Part shown: positions 7,849 through 16,760 of the stretch, piece after piece
Layout of the letters: each line of letters opens with the position of its first letter
Position numbering within the stretch: the first letter of the stretch is position 1
Source of the DNA: an uncultured Chloroflexia bacterium
Lineage (GTDB): Bacteria > Chloroflexota > Anaerolineae > Anaerolineales > UBA4823
Reading direction: 5' to 3'
DNA: 24,000 bases
Assembly (NCBI GenBank): GCA_963777935.1
Contig: CAVZSL010000006.1
Span: forward strand, 317,287 to 341,286
Program-made: the position numbers and the translations under genes
Notes under the pieces: model-generated
Database searches by the model: none
What the model was told of the DNA's origin: nothing
The model's input: the letters and a program-made list of their open reading frames with translations, nothing else

Positions 7849-8089
7849 TTGGCAAGATTATTTAGATTAAGGTTTGATTAAAAAGCTGAGATTCCATCAC
7901 TTCGGGAAAAGTGAGTTATAACTCCAACAGCCCCCATCAAAAGATACGCAGGTGCAATGCAAATAGGCTACTAGATTTTTCAACCAAATCCACCTGATTT
8001 TTCCCCTGATAAGTTAAAAATTTTTGCCTTATTCTGTAAATCTTCTTGCCGGTTGGTACTAGAAAAAATTTTCCTTTGGTCAGTGATTA

Positions 8090-8129
8090 AAACAAAGAAA
8101 AAATGAGTGTATATCTGTGTTTCTCACTC
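8090..8129 (-). terminator. Weak rho-independent terminator candidate after crtI
   Basis: On the minus strand, GAGTG (8129..8125) / CACTC (8109..8105) form a 5-bp stem with a 15-nt loop, followed directly by ATTTTTTCTTTGTTTT. The stem overlaps the crtI stop codon. Confidence 0.3.
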
Positions 8130-9614
8130 CAATCCTGCAAGCTCATCCACAATCCTCTTTGCCGCCAAACGACCAGAGATCATGGCTGTTGGTATGCCCG
8201 TGCCAGGGCGGGTACTTGCCCCCACAAAGTACAGGTTGCGATACCGTGGGTGTCGGTTGGATGGGCGAAAATAGCCTAATTGGCCCAGGTTATGTGACAA
8301 ACCGTGTGTGGAACCCTTCACCAGGTTATATCGTTTCCGCCAGGAAAGGGGAGTAAAAGAGACTTCAAACTTGATGTGGGTATGGAGATCAGTGATTCCC
8401 AACAATGCCAATCGACGGAACACATGTGCACGCGCCTGATCTGTCAATTCGTCCCAATCCTGGGATCCATCTTCAGACAGGTGACCCACAGGCACGACTG
8501 CGATCAGGGTATCTTCACCGGGCGGAGCCATTGAAGAGTCGAGCTGCTTGGGAGCGTGAATATAAAGACTTGGATTGGCAGGAAGGCCAAGCTCATTTGT
8601 GATGGTATCGAAGTTTGACTGAAAATCATCTGCCAGAAAAAGGGTGTGCGGATCAAGAATCTTATAGGGTTTATCAACTCCCCAGAAGAAACTGATCACT
8701 GAGCAGGAATAGCGTTTTCGGGTCATCTTTTCAGCCCGGTAATCTATGGGCAGGAGATCCTGATAAACATATGGCAAATCAGCATTCGCCAGGACCAAAT
8801 CTGGTGATTCACGCTGGTTATGTTCAAGTACCAACTCCTCTACTCGCTTGCCGTTTGCAGTAATTTGCTCCACGGTTGTATCGAAAGCAAATTCCACCCC
8901 GGCATTGCGGGCCAATGTCATAAGCGCTTCCACGATGCTATACATTCCACCCTTGGGATACCATACACCGTGTGCAAGCTCTGTGTATGGCATCATAGAG
9001 AAGGTGGCAGGAGCTTCAAAGGGGCTCAGTCCCATGTACACATCCTGGAAGGTGAAGGCTGCCTTTAGGTGCGGATTCCGGAAATAACTCGACATATGGG
9101 CATAATGATTCCTCAGGGGTTTTAACTGATAGAGTAAGGGAATATTGCTGAAATTAAAAAAGTCGGAAAATCGGCGAAAATCACGGTTCACTAATTTATC
9201 CATCGCTAAACGATAATGCCGCTCACCTTCTGCATGATAGCGCATGAATCCTTGATAGGCACCATGCTCTATGGACTCCAATTGATCCCGCATGGACTGC
9301 ATATCTGATGTGAGTGCCAGCTGGCTGCCATCATCAAATACCAGGCGATAAGATGGATCTACCTGGTGCAACTCGAGTAAATCAGCTATCGAACCACCCA
9401 GGGAGGCAAATTCTGCCTCGTAGACAGGCTGCATAACCATCAGGGTTGGTCCGGTATCAAAGTGGTGACCCTCTCGCTCGATCCAATCACAGCGCCCACC
9501 GGGGTTGGCGTTTTTTTCCATCACAGTGACATGCAACCCATGCTTAGCCAGGTGGATTGCCGCACAAATTCCACCCACACCAGCGCCGATAATCACAACC
9601 GATTTCACCTTCAT
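8124..9614 (-). CDS. crtI: Phytoene (or diapophytoene) desaturase, CrtI family FAD oxidoreductase
   Basis: 496 aa. N-terminal dinucleotide fold VVIIGAGVGGICAAIHLAKHGLHVTVMEKNANPGGRC. C-terminal FVGASTRPGTGIPTAMISGRLAA is typical of CrtI/CrtN. Strong SD (GAGGTGAGGAAGG). The ATGA overlap with the upstream synthase gene is at 9611..9614. Confidence 0.85.
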   Translation of the reverse strand: MKVKSVVIIGAGVGGICAAIHLAKHGLHVTVMEKNANPGGRCDWIEREGHHFDTGPTLMVMQPVYEAEFASLGGSIADLLELHQVDPSYRLVFDDGSQLALTSDMQSMRDQLESIEHGAYQGFMRYHAEGERHYRLAMDKLVNRDFRRFSDFFNFSNIPLLYQLKPLRNHYAHMSSYFRNPHLKAAFTFQDVYMGLSPFEAPATFSMMPYTELAHGVWYPKGGMYSIVEALMTLARNAGVEFAFDTTVEQITANGKRVEELVLEHNQRESPDLVLANADLPYVYQDLLPIDYRAEKMTRKRYSCSVISFFWGVDKPYKILDPHTLFLADDFQSNFDTITNELGLPANPSLYIHAPKQLDSSMAPPGEDTLIAVVPVGHLSEDGSQDWDELTDQARAHVFRRLALLGITDLHTHIKFEVSFTPLSWRKRYNLVKGSTHGLSHNLGQLGYFRPSNRHPRYRNLYFVGASTRPGTGIPTAMISGRLAAKRIVDELAGLE

Positions 9615-10579
9615 CCTTCCTCACCTCGATCGGTCAGTGCTGCTTGCAAACCGGGTTCCAGGCTCATCCAAGGAATGTTTAATACCGATAATGTTGTCCT
9701 CCAGACCATCCACAATCCGGCCTTAAGACTTTTCCGTTCAGGGTATTCAGGACGAAGATAATATCCGTCCTGTTCTATAGCTCGCATCATCCATTCGAAA
9801 CGGGCCAGGTAAGCAAAACCTGCCAGGCGACAACGAAAACTTTTAACCTGAGCGATATAGCTCCTGCCATCCTTAAAATATTGACGGGCAAGCTTCACCC
9901 TCCCAAAAACCCACCTGCGGAAAGACAGGCTATGTAATTCATCCAGCGAAATTTGCTGTTCGGTGATGTATTCTCCAGGAACATTGATATACCCTGCGGA
10001 AATATCTTCAACCACATCGCGCAGCATATGCACCACATGGGCGCCATTCACAGCATCATAGCGGTTTTTAGTTCTGGTAGGAGAATCCTCATGACCAATA
10101 AAGTAGAATAATAGCTCCGTCACTGCTGTGGAAAGTAAATGTGTATACTCGGTTAATTCAGCCTGGGAGATCACTTGACCGCAGCGTTCCACGTCAAAAG
10201 CCATTACTGCCATCATATTGCGGAGGTAGATTTGTAATCCACTGTCCTTTTTCCCATCATTTCGGACCAAATCCACCAGCATCTGCTCCTCCAGACTCAC
10301 ATCATCAGGTTGGTTTCCTTGATAACATGCTTCCAAAAGTGCCTGCTGGCTTTTTATTAATGCAACCTTCTCCGGTTGTGTGCCTGAATCACAGTCGAGG
10401 AGATCGTCCAACCAGCGGAAGTAGGCGTAAGACCGAAATGCATCCTGCACGCGATCTCGATCGGTTAAAAGACGGAACGTATAATAGGTTTGCTTACTTC
10501 CGGCCTTGGTGATCTTGGCAGGTAAATCGGATTTACCCGGTTGCACAGGTAGTCTTTGATTTATTGGGTTATTGACCAT
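9611..10579 (-). CDS. crtB: Phytoene/squalene synthase family protein (CrtB/CrtM-like)
   Basis: 322 aa. First Asp-rich motif YFRWLDDLLD, second motif MLRDVVEDISAGYINVPGEY. Directly coupled to crtI. Confidence 0.78.
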   Translation of the reverse strand: MVNNPINQRLPVQPGKSDLPAKITKAGSKQTYYTFRLLTDRDRVQDAFRSYAYFRWLDDLLDCDSGTQPEKVALIKSQQALLEACYQGNQPDDVSLEEQMLVDLVRNDGKKDSGLQIYLRNMMAVMAFDVERCGQVISQAELTEYTHLLSTAVTELLFYFIGHEDSPTRTKNRYDAVNGAHVVHMLRDVVEDISAGYINVPGEYITEQQISLDELHSLSFRRWVFGRVKLARQYFKDGRSYIAQVKSFRCRLAGFAYLARFEWMMRAIEQDGYYLRPEYPERKSLKAGLWMVWRTTLSVLNIPWMSLEPGLQAALTDRGEEG

Positions 10580-10775
10580 GGCATTAGCAGTTTTCCTGGT
10601 TTCGACCTACAAGTATACTCCTGAAATTATTACAGAGAATCATGTCTCCTTCCTCAGAAAATCATAAGTTTTTCTGTATATTTATTCCCCTAAGTAACGT
10701 GAATGTCTCCCCGTTCACTAGTAGTGATAAGATTAACAAAATATTAGGACGAGATATTTACGTCTGGAGGGTATT

Positions 10776-11897
10776 ATGGACGCTGACATGCAAGCTACGG
10801 CATTAGCTAGCCTGAACGATGAGCTCAATGGGGCATATCTTTATGATGCACTGGCGCAAGCTGAGAAAGATCCCCGCCTGGCAGAAGTATATCGGCGCAT
10901 GGCAGCCGTAGAGCGTAAACACGCGGCCACCTGGGTGGAACGTCTTAAGGAATCTGGTGTGGCAATCCCTAATTTTAAAACCAATTGGCGCAGTCGCACC
11001 CTGGCTTGGGCAGCCAAACACCTGGGTGTGGGAGCGGTATTACCCACTGTGATTGGGAATGAGCGCAAAGATACTCGCAAATATGCCTACACTCCGGGTG
11101 GCGCAGAGATGGGAGCAGATGAAGCATCCCATAACCGGTTGTTGAGCCTTGTGGCCAGGGATATGAAAGGTGGAATGGAAGGCGGGGCACTCGCCCAACT
11201 GGAAGGCAGGCATCGTGCGGGTGGAGGGAATGCCCTACGGGCAGCGGTATTGGGAGCTAATGATGGGCTGGTATCCAACTTGAGCCTGGTGATGGGTGTG
11301 GCAGGTGCTTCTCTGAATAACTCGGCTATCCTGATCACTGGTTTTGCTGGACTATTGGCTGGGGCAATCTCGATGGCATTGGGTGAGTGGCTGTCGGTGC
11401 AAAGCTCCAGGGAGCTATATAAGCATCAGATCAGCATTGAGAAGGCGGAGCTTGCTGCAGCACCCCAGGAAGAAGCCGAAGAACTGGCGTTGATCTACGA
11501 GGCACGCGGCCTACCCACCGATGAAGCCCAACGCATGGCTCAGCATATCATCAGCGACCCAGAATCTGCTCTTGAAAGCCTTGCCCGTGAAGAGCTCAAC
11601 GTGGATCCTTCTGAACTGGGTGGCTCAGCCTGGGAGGCTGCCTTAACGTCCTTCTTCCTTTTCTCCATCGGTGCGATCATCCCGGTGCTGCCGTACACCT
11701 TCCTGAGAGGCACCACTGCAGTGACCGTCAGTATGGTGATGAGCGGTGTTGGGTTATTTATCATCGGCGCGGGCATCACCCTTTTTACGGGGCGAAACGT
11801 GCTGTATTCAGGCGTACGGCAGGTGTTGTTTGGCTTGGCTGCAGCCACAGTCACCTTCGGCATTGGCCGGGTGATCGGAAAGAACCTGGGTGGGTAG
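10776..11897 (+). CDS. Erythrin-VIT1 fusion: ferritin-like N-terminal domain + VIT1/CCC1 iron/manganese transporter (MbfA-like)
   Basis: 373 aa. The N-terminal di-iron-like helices are YLYDALAQAEKDPRLAEVYRRMAAVERKHAATW and DEASHNRLL. The C-terminal part has GANDGLVSNLSLVMGVAGA and the TM helices typical of the VIT family. GGAGG lies 5 nt before the ATG. Confidence 0.8.
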   Translation: MDADMQATALASLNDELNGAYLYDALAQAEKDPRLAEVYRRMAAVERKHAATWVERLKESGVAIPNFKTNWRSRTLAWAAKHLGVGAVLPTVIGNERKDTRKYAYTPGGAEMGADEASHNRLLSLVARDMKGGMEGGALAQLEGRHRAGGGNALRAAVLGANDGLVSNLSLVMGVAGASLNNSAILITGFAGLLAGAISMALGEWLSVQSSRELYKHQISIEKAELAAAPQEEAEELALIYEARGLPTDEAQRMAQHIISDPESALESLAREELNVDPSELGGSAWEAALTSFFLFSIGAIIPVLPYTFLRGTTAVTVSMVMSGVGLFIIGAGITLFTGRNVLYSGVRQVLFGLAAATVTFGIGRVIGKNLGG

Positions 11898-11904
11898 GAG
11901 CACA

Positions 11905-11929
11905 GTGTACACATTCACCATGTGTATAT
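11905..11929. other. 10-bp inverted repeat/hairpin in convergent intergenic region; contains a near-copy of the heliorhodopsin operator repeat
   Basis: GTGTACACAT (11905..11914), loop TCACC, ATGTGTATAT (11920..11929), with two G-T pairs. There is no flanking T-tract on either strand. TGTACACATT is identical to 7806..7815, and TGTGTATA also recurs at 7816..7823. Confidence 0.4.
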
Positions 11930-11953
11930 ATTAAATATCCTATGACGAGGCAA

Positions 11954-12952
11954 TCACGCATTGTTTTCAGGAAGGGCTCTCTTCATTGCAGCAATCAGCT
12001 GATCTTGTACTCCATCGATATGTGAATCAACCACCTGGCGGGAGTTATCCTCATCATACCAGGCGATAATCTCCCGCGCTCCCTGCCAAAATGGGATTGT
12101 GGATCTAAATTGGGGCACTAACTGGCGGATTTTACGATTATCAAAGATCACGCTATGGGCTTTATCACCCAGCATGGAAGCGCCCCACTCCGGATCATAC
12201 CTGGCGATAAGATCAGATGGGACATGTACCAGATGCGGCTCAACACCTGCAGCCTGGGCAACGATGGTGTAGATTTGGTTCCAACTCAAGGTTTCATCAG
12301 AAGTAATGTGGAAACTTTGGCCGATGGATTGTGGATTACCCAGCAGTCCAACAAAGCCAACCGCGAAATCACGATGGTGTGTCATCGTCCATAGTGAGGT
12401 CCCATCACCTTGCACGATCACCGATTTGCCTGCGCGCATCCGCGCAACGGTTGTGTAGCCTCCATGGAAGGGAAGCAAGGTGCGATCATAGGTATGAGAT
12501 GGTCGCACGATGGTGTAAGGGAAACCCTCCTGAAGTCCAGTGAGTTCCAGGAGAGTCTCACAGGCGGCTTTGTCACGCGAGTACTGCCAGAAGGGATTAT
12601 CTAAGGGTGTGCTTTCTGAGATAGGTAAAAATCCAGGCGGTTTCTGGTATACAGAAGCTGAGCTAATAAAAATATATTGCCTGGTGCGTTTGCGAAATAG
12701 TGCCAGATCAGTTTTAACTTGGTCTGGGGTGAATGCCACCCAATCCACCACTGCATCAAATTTCAAATCACCCAATGCTCTATTTACCGAAGCAGGTTGT
12801 CGGATATCAGCACGAAGAGAAATTGCACCCTGCGGAGTAGGACGAAGGCTCTGCCCACGATTAAGCAGATATAGATCAAATCCATGTTGAATCGCCAGTT
12901 CTGAACAAGCTGAGCTGATAATTCCGGTTCCACCAATGAATAATACTTTCAT
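11954..12952 (-). CDS. NAD-dependent epimerase/dehydratase (extended SDR family)
   Basis: 332 aa. N-terminal MKVLFIGGTGIISSACSE Rossmann motif and the YxxxK-type region YSRDKAACE. AAGGA SD. Confidence 0.8.
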   Translation of the reverse strand: MKVLFIGGTGIISSACSELAIQHGFDLYLLNRGQSLRPTPQGAISLRADIRQPASVNRALGDLKFDAVVDWVAFTPDQVKTDLALFRKRTRQYIFISSASVYQKPPGFLPISESTPLDNPFWQYSRDKAACETLLELTGLQEGFPYTIVRPSHTYDRTLLPFHGGYTTVARMRAGKSVIVQGDGTSLWTMTHHRDFAVGFVGLLGNPQSIGQSFHITSDETLSWNQIYTIVAQAAGVEPHLVHVPSDLIARYDPEWGASMLGDKAHSVIFDNRKIRQLVPQFRSTIPFWQGAREIIAWYDEDNSRQVVDSHIDGVQDQLIAAMKRALPENNA

Positions 12953-13245
12953 AGGTTATCCTTTCAGGTAATAAATGCTGCCAAATACCGCTATAGTAAT
13001 TTTACTCCTATCGAATAAGGGTTTCATACCCAGACTTTTGATAGGTTAAACTACCTTCACAGGAATCTGGGATCTATCTATATTTCTAAAATCCTCATAA
13101 AATCATTTGCTGCAGTAAGTTTTGCCTTTGGCTGGTTGAGCTGAACCAAGGATGGTGGGATTATCCGAGGAGGAGAGATCGCTACTGATTCCCTAATAAC
13201 CGTCTGGATACCATGATCTGCTGATGAACATCAGCTCGGGTAAGA

Positions 13246-13761
13246 TCATTCTGGCATGTAGGGAGCCTGTCGATCGATATTACCTACAAATTGTGGTAAG
13301 TTGGTGTGCCCGAGCATTTGCCGGATTGCCAGGTTTTCCCCGGTATGGTACCAGTAGTGGTAGATCATACGCTGCAACAAGGAGCCATACGTACGTTGGA
13401 TTTTTGTACCATCTGCCTTTACGACTAAATCTTGGAGCTTGTTGCTCGTCAAGGTTTCAAGCCAGGAGCTTGTTGAAGCGGTGATATTCTGCCAAAGTTT
13501 AAGTATTTCACGCAGGGAAGGCGTGCTTGCCGGAGCGCCATATGCAAAATCCCTTTCGATCTCAGGAAATGGCATTTCCCCCATCCCATAATAAAGGATA
13601 TATTTCTGCTCCTGCCAGGCAAGGTGACCGACATTCCAGCTGATGCAATTCATTGGCAGTAAGCGCTTGCATGCATCCTCCTCCGATAAACCTTTCAGAC
13701 CCCGCTTAAACTCGGTTCGAGTGAACTTCAATTGCAAAATGATGGGATGAATCGCTTTCAT
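13246..13761 (-). CDS. DinB-family (four-helix bundle, metal-binding) protein
   Basis: 171 aa. WNVGHLAWQE and YHYWYHTGENLAIRQMLGH resemble the His triad pattern of the DinB/DinB_2 superfamily. Confidence 0.6.
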   Translation of the reverse strand: MKAIHPIILQLKFTRTEFKRGLKGLSEEDACKRLLPMNCISWNVGHLAWQEQKYILYYGMGEMPFPEIERDFAYGAPASTPSLREILKLWQNITASTSSWLETLTSNKLQDLVVKADGTKIQRTYGSLLQRMIYHYWYHTGENLAIRQMLGHTNLPQFVGNIDRQAPYMPE

Positions 13762-14015
13762 AGCCTTCCTCCAACAAAGATTTAAATCTACGTGTGGACG
13801 CTCCTAATATAACGTAATTATTATTATTTTATCCAATAAGTGGCGAAGTGAGGGGATTGAATGTAAGCTAACGTTAGAATCTAAATAGCAACCCCCAAGA
13901 AGCCTGTACGATTTTTTGCATTACTTACCTGCCATGATCGCGTTAATCTTATAAAATATGAAATCACCACCTGACCAATAGTATTGAGAATCAGTATCTG
14001 AAATGTGCAATTATT

Positions 14016-14024
14016 TGCTATACT
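14016..14024 (+). promoter_or_regulatory. Candidate extended -10 promoter element for the LAL regulator gene
   Basis: TGcTATACT at 14016..14024, about 58 nt upstream of the ATG at 14083. No convincing -35. Confidence 0.3.
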
Positions 14025-14082
14025 ATAAACAGCAAGTCTCTTAATCGGGGTTCATTCTTTATTACTAACCTGGGAGTCGATT

Positions 14083-16692
14083 ATGTCTCCTCAGCTGCTG
14101 GTCACAAAACTTTATACCCCACCTGCACGTAAAGGTCTTGTCACGCGCCAGCGTTTGATCCAGTTGTTGAATGATGCTTGGCAGCAGGATAAAAAACTCA
14201 TCCTGGTCTCAGCATCGGCTGGTTATGGAAAGACCACTCTGGTGACCGAATGGTTGCGAGGCTTACAGGAAAAATCCGCATGGCTATCCCTGGACGAAAC
14301 CGATAATGATCCTACCAGGTTCCTTGCTTATCTCATCGCCGCGTTACAGATTATAGACAAAAGTATCGGGGATAAAACTCAGGCAATGCTCCAGTCACCC
14401 CAGCCGCTTCCACCTGAGGTGGTGCTGACCACACTTATAAACGAAATAGCCCTCACCCCCCAATCCTTTATCCTCGTACTGGACGATTATCACCTGATCC
14501 AGACCTTGCCAATCCACAAGCAGCTCGACTTCCTGGTGGAACACCTGCCTGCTCAAATGCACCTGGTTATCATTACGCGTGAAGATCCACCTCTTCCACT
14601 CTCCCGATTACGCGCCTGTGGTCAGATGGTCGAGATCCGGCAGAACGACCTGCGTTTCTTACCCGAGGAATGTGCAGATTTCCTACAGCGGATTATGGGA
14701 CTTAATCTCGAAACCGATGATATCACCGCTCTAGAACGCCGAACCGAAGGTTGGATCGTCGGTTTACAACTAGCTGCTATATCGATGCAAGGGCGAGATG
14801 ACCTGTCTAATTTCGTCGAGGAATTCACAGGCAGCAGCCACTACATTTTGGATTATTTAATCGAGGAAGTGTTTGAACAGCAAACACTTGAAACCCAGGA
14901 ATTCCTTTTGAAAACCTCGATCCTTAACCGCCTGTCTGGACCGCTATGCGATTTCGTTGTAGAGCGAAGAGGTAGCCACGAGCTGCTCGACCAATTTGAA
15001 CATGCCAACCTGTTTATCTTCCCACTTGACCAATCGCGTAGCTGGTATCGCTATCATCGCTTATTTGCTGAGTTATTACAGCAGCGCCTACACGCCATTG
15101 ATTCATTATCCGTAAATATGCTTAACAGTCGTGCAAGCCAGTGGTTTGCCACTGAGGGGTTCATCCCCGAAGCCATCCACCATGCACTGGATGCATCCGA
15201 TTGGGAGCAGGCAGCTAAACTTATTGCCGATTGCACGGTCCTAATGTTGAGAAGTGGTGAATTGTTGACGCTGATCGGTTGGCTCAAAGCTTTACCCAAT
15301 GAAGTAATCTTCACCCACCCGGAGCTGTGCCAAAACTATGGTTGGGCATTAACCCTCACCGGGCAGATGGAAGCTGCAGACATATATCTCTTACAAGCAG
15401 AGAAAATTGCCCGGGACGACGAGACTTTATTAGGACCTATCCTGGTCGCCCGGGCATACCACCTGCGCGTGTGTGGAAATGTTATTCAGGCGATTGATTA
15501 TGCTCAGCGAGCGTTATCGATCCTTCCCCAGTCGGATGCATTATCACGCGGCCTGGCTGCACTCACGCTCGGTCTGGCATATTGGAATCTGGGAGATTAT
15601 CAAGAATCAGAACGGGCATTTATAGAGGTTGAGCGCGCTGCTCAACAGTCAGGAAACAATTATGCCCGCATGACCGCTCGCTCATACCTGGGGAACATCC
15701 AGGCAGTTTATGGACATCTCCATAAGGCAGCTGAGTTGTGCCAACAGGTAATCCAATCGGGAGGGCAATCACCATACGTTGCTCCTGCCCATATTGGGTT
15801 AGCAGCACTTTATTATGAGTGGAATCAACTGGACCAGGCCTCTCAAGAGGCCCAAATTGGGATCGACCAGAGCCAGCGCACGGGCAATCCACTGATCTTA
15901 TGTGATGGCTACCGTATCAAAGCAGTCATATATCAGGCACTTGGCAATCCTGAGGTTGCCCTGTCGACGCTTAAAAACGCCGACCAGCTGGTTCTCAACC
16001 AGCTGGTTTCTCCACTCGCCCGTTTACGCATTGCTGCCTGCCATGTTCAGGTTGCACTGGCACAGGATAATCACACAGCGGCTCAGTTTTGGGCAGAACA
16101 GGTGACCGATCCATCTGGTGCATCTTTATATGATCCCTGCCTTGGTCTCACTCCAATTCATATTTATCTAGCTCGTCACAAGAAAAAAGAAGCCGCACAA
16201 AGGCTAAGCGAGCTCTACAATATCGCCTCGCAAAAAAGCTGTGGTGCTGGGATGGTTGAAATCCGTCTACTACAAGCCATGGCAGCGGAATCTCCACAGG
16301 GTGCACTCCAGTTTATGAAGAAAGCCTTAAAAATGGCACAACCTGAAGGCTTCATCCGCATTTTCGTTAATCAAGGGGAACCGGTGAAGAAACTGCTAGA
16401 AAGATTAAAATCCCAAGGGGGCGACATGAAAGAGTATATTCTTACCCTGCTCGCTTCTTTTGGGGAGACCAGCAAGGTATCAGCCTCACGGGGGTTGGTT
16501 GAACCCTTGAGCGAGCGTGAGCTGGATGTATTACGCCTCCTGGAGCAAGGATTGTCAAATGGGGAGATTGCAAGGCGTTTGGTGGTTACCACTGGAACAG
16601 TAAAAAGCCATGTCCACAACATTATTAATAAGCTGGAGGTGAGTAACCGCGCTCAGGCAGTTGTACAGGCAAAGGCGCTAAAGCTGATATAG
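14083..16692 (+). CDS. LuxR-family transcriptional regulator, MalT-like large ATP-binding (LAL/STAND) type
   Basis: 869 aa. N-terminal P-loop SASAGYGKTTL and Walker B-like FILVLDDYH. The central region is helical and TPR-like. The C-terminal LuxR HTH is LSERELDVLRLLEQGLSNGEIARRLVVTTGTVKSHVHNIINKLEVSNRAQAV. Confidence 0.9.
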   Translation: MSPQLLVTKLYTPPARKGLVTRQRLIQLLNDAWQQDKKLILVSASAGYGKTTLVTEWLRGLQEKSAWLSLDETDNDPTRFLAYLIAALQIIDKSIGDKTQAMLQSPQPLPPEVVLTTLINEIALTPQSFILVLDDYHLIQTLPIHKQLDFLVEHLPAQMHLVIITREDPPLPLSRLRACGQMVEIRQNDLRFLPEECADFLQRIMGLNLETDDITALERRTEGWIVGLQLAAISMQGRDDLSNFVEEFTGSSHYILDYLIEEVFEQQTLETQEFLLKTSILNRLSGPLCDFVVERRGSHELLDQFEHANLFIFPLDQSRSWYRYHRLFAELLQQRLHAIDSLSVNMLNSRASQWFATEGFIPEAIHHALDASDWEQAAKLIADCTVLMLRSGELLTLIGWLKALPNEVIFTHPELCQNYGWALTLTGQMEAADIYLLQAEKIARDDETLLGPILVARAYHLRVCGNVIQAIDYAQRALSILPQSDALSRGLAALTLGLAYWNLGDYQESERAFIEVERAAQQSGNNYARMTARSYLGNIQAVYGHLHKAAELCQQVIQSGGQSPYVAPAHIGLAALYYEWNQLDQASQEAQIGIDQSQRTGNPLILCDGYRIKAVIYQALGNPEVALSTLKNADQLVLNQLVSPLARLRIAACHVQVALAQDNHTAAQFWAEQVTDPSGASLYDPCLGLTPIHIYLARHKKKEAAQRLSELYNIASQKSCGAGMVEIRLLQAMAAESPQGALQFMKKALKMAQPEGFIRIFVNQGEPVKKLLERLKSQGGDMKEYILTLLASFGETSKVSASRGLVEPLSERELDVLRLLEQGLSNGEIARRLVVTTGTVKSHVHNIINKLEVSNRAQAVVQAKALKLI

Positions 16693-16726
16693 GTAACCTG
16701 TCCGCCGGATGATGAACAAATCCCAT

Positions 16727-16759
16727 CCCCGTTCCGCAAAGGAGCGGGGGGTTCGTTTT
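16727..16759 (+). terminator. Rho-independent terminator after the LAL regulator gene
   Basis: CCCCGTTCC (16727..16735), loop GCAAA, GGAGCGGGG (16741..16749), with one G-U pair, followed by GGTTCGTTTT. Confidence 0.65.
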
Positions 16760-16760
16760 A

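Noticed and set aside
7897-7914. Hairpin TCACTT-CGGGAA-AAGTGA in the long crtI-heliorhodopsin spacer.
   Set aside because: It is a short 6-bp stem with no adjacent T-tract on either strand and no covariation evidence. I cannot support an ncRNA or terminator call.
8117-9761. Series of plus-strand ORFs (8117..8356, 8304..8534, 8405..8602, 8820..9087, 9462..9761) opposite crtI and crtB.
   Set aside because: They are antisense shadow ORFs of a strongly supported CrtI-family gene, with no SD sequences or motifs.
10580-10775. CarH-type operator upstream of crtB, and the direct 8-mer repeat ATGTCTCC (10642..10649 and 10703..10710) in the crtB/VIT divergent promoter region.
   Set aside because: The ACA/TGT triplets here are spaced 23, 29 and 32 bp rather than in multiples of 11, and the flanks do not fit the repeat pattern. 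A single 8-mer recurrence inside ~200 bp has an appreciable chance expectation.
10803-11914. Minus-strand ORFs opposite the VIT-family gene (10803..11021, 10841..11080, 10975..11190, 11087..11338, 11540..11914).
   Set aside because: They are antisense to a well-supported gene. Their Pro/Arg/Ala-rich translations are typical of the reverse frame of coding DNA.
13214-13248. Nested hairpin TGATCT-GCTGATG-AA-CATCAGC-TCGGGTA-AGATCA overlapping the DinB-family stop codon.
   Set aside because: The inner loop of 2 nt is sterically implausible. No U-tract follows on the minus strand, so I do not call it a terminator.
13868-13877. Perfect 10-bp palindrome CTAACGTTAG in the DinB/LAL-regulator divergent intergenic region.
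   Set aside because: It is an isolated single site with no second copy or obvious promoter overlap, so there is not enough to call an operator.
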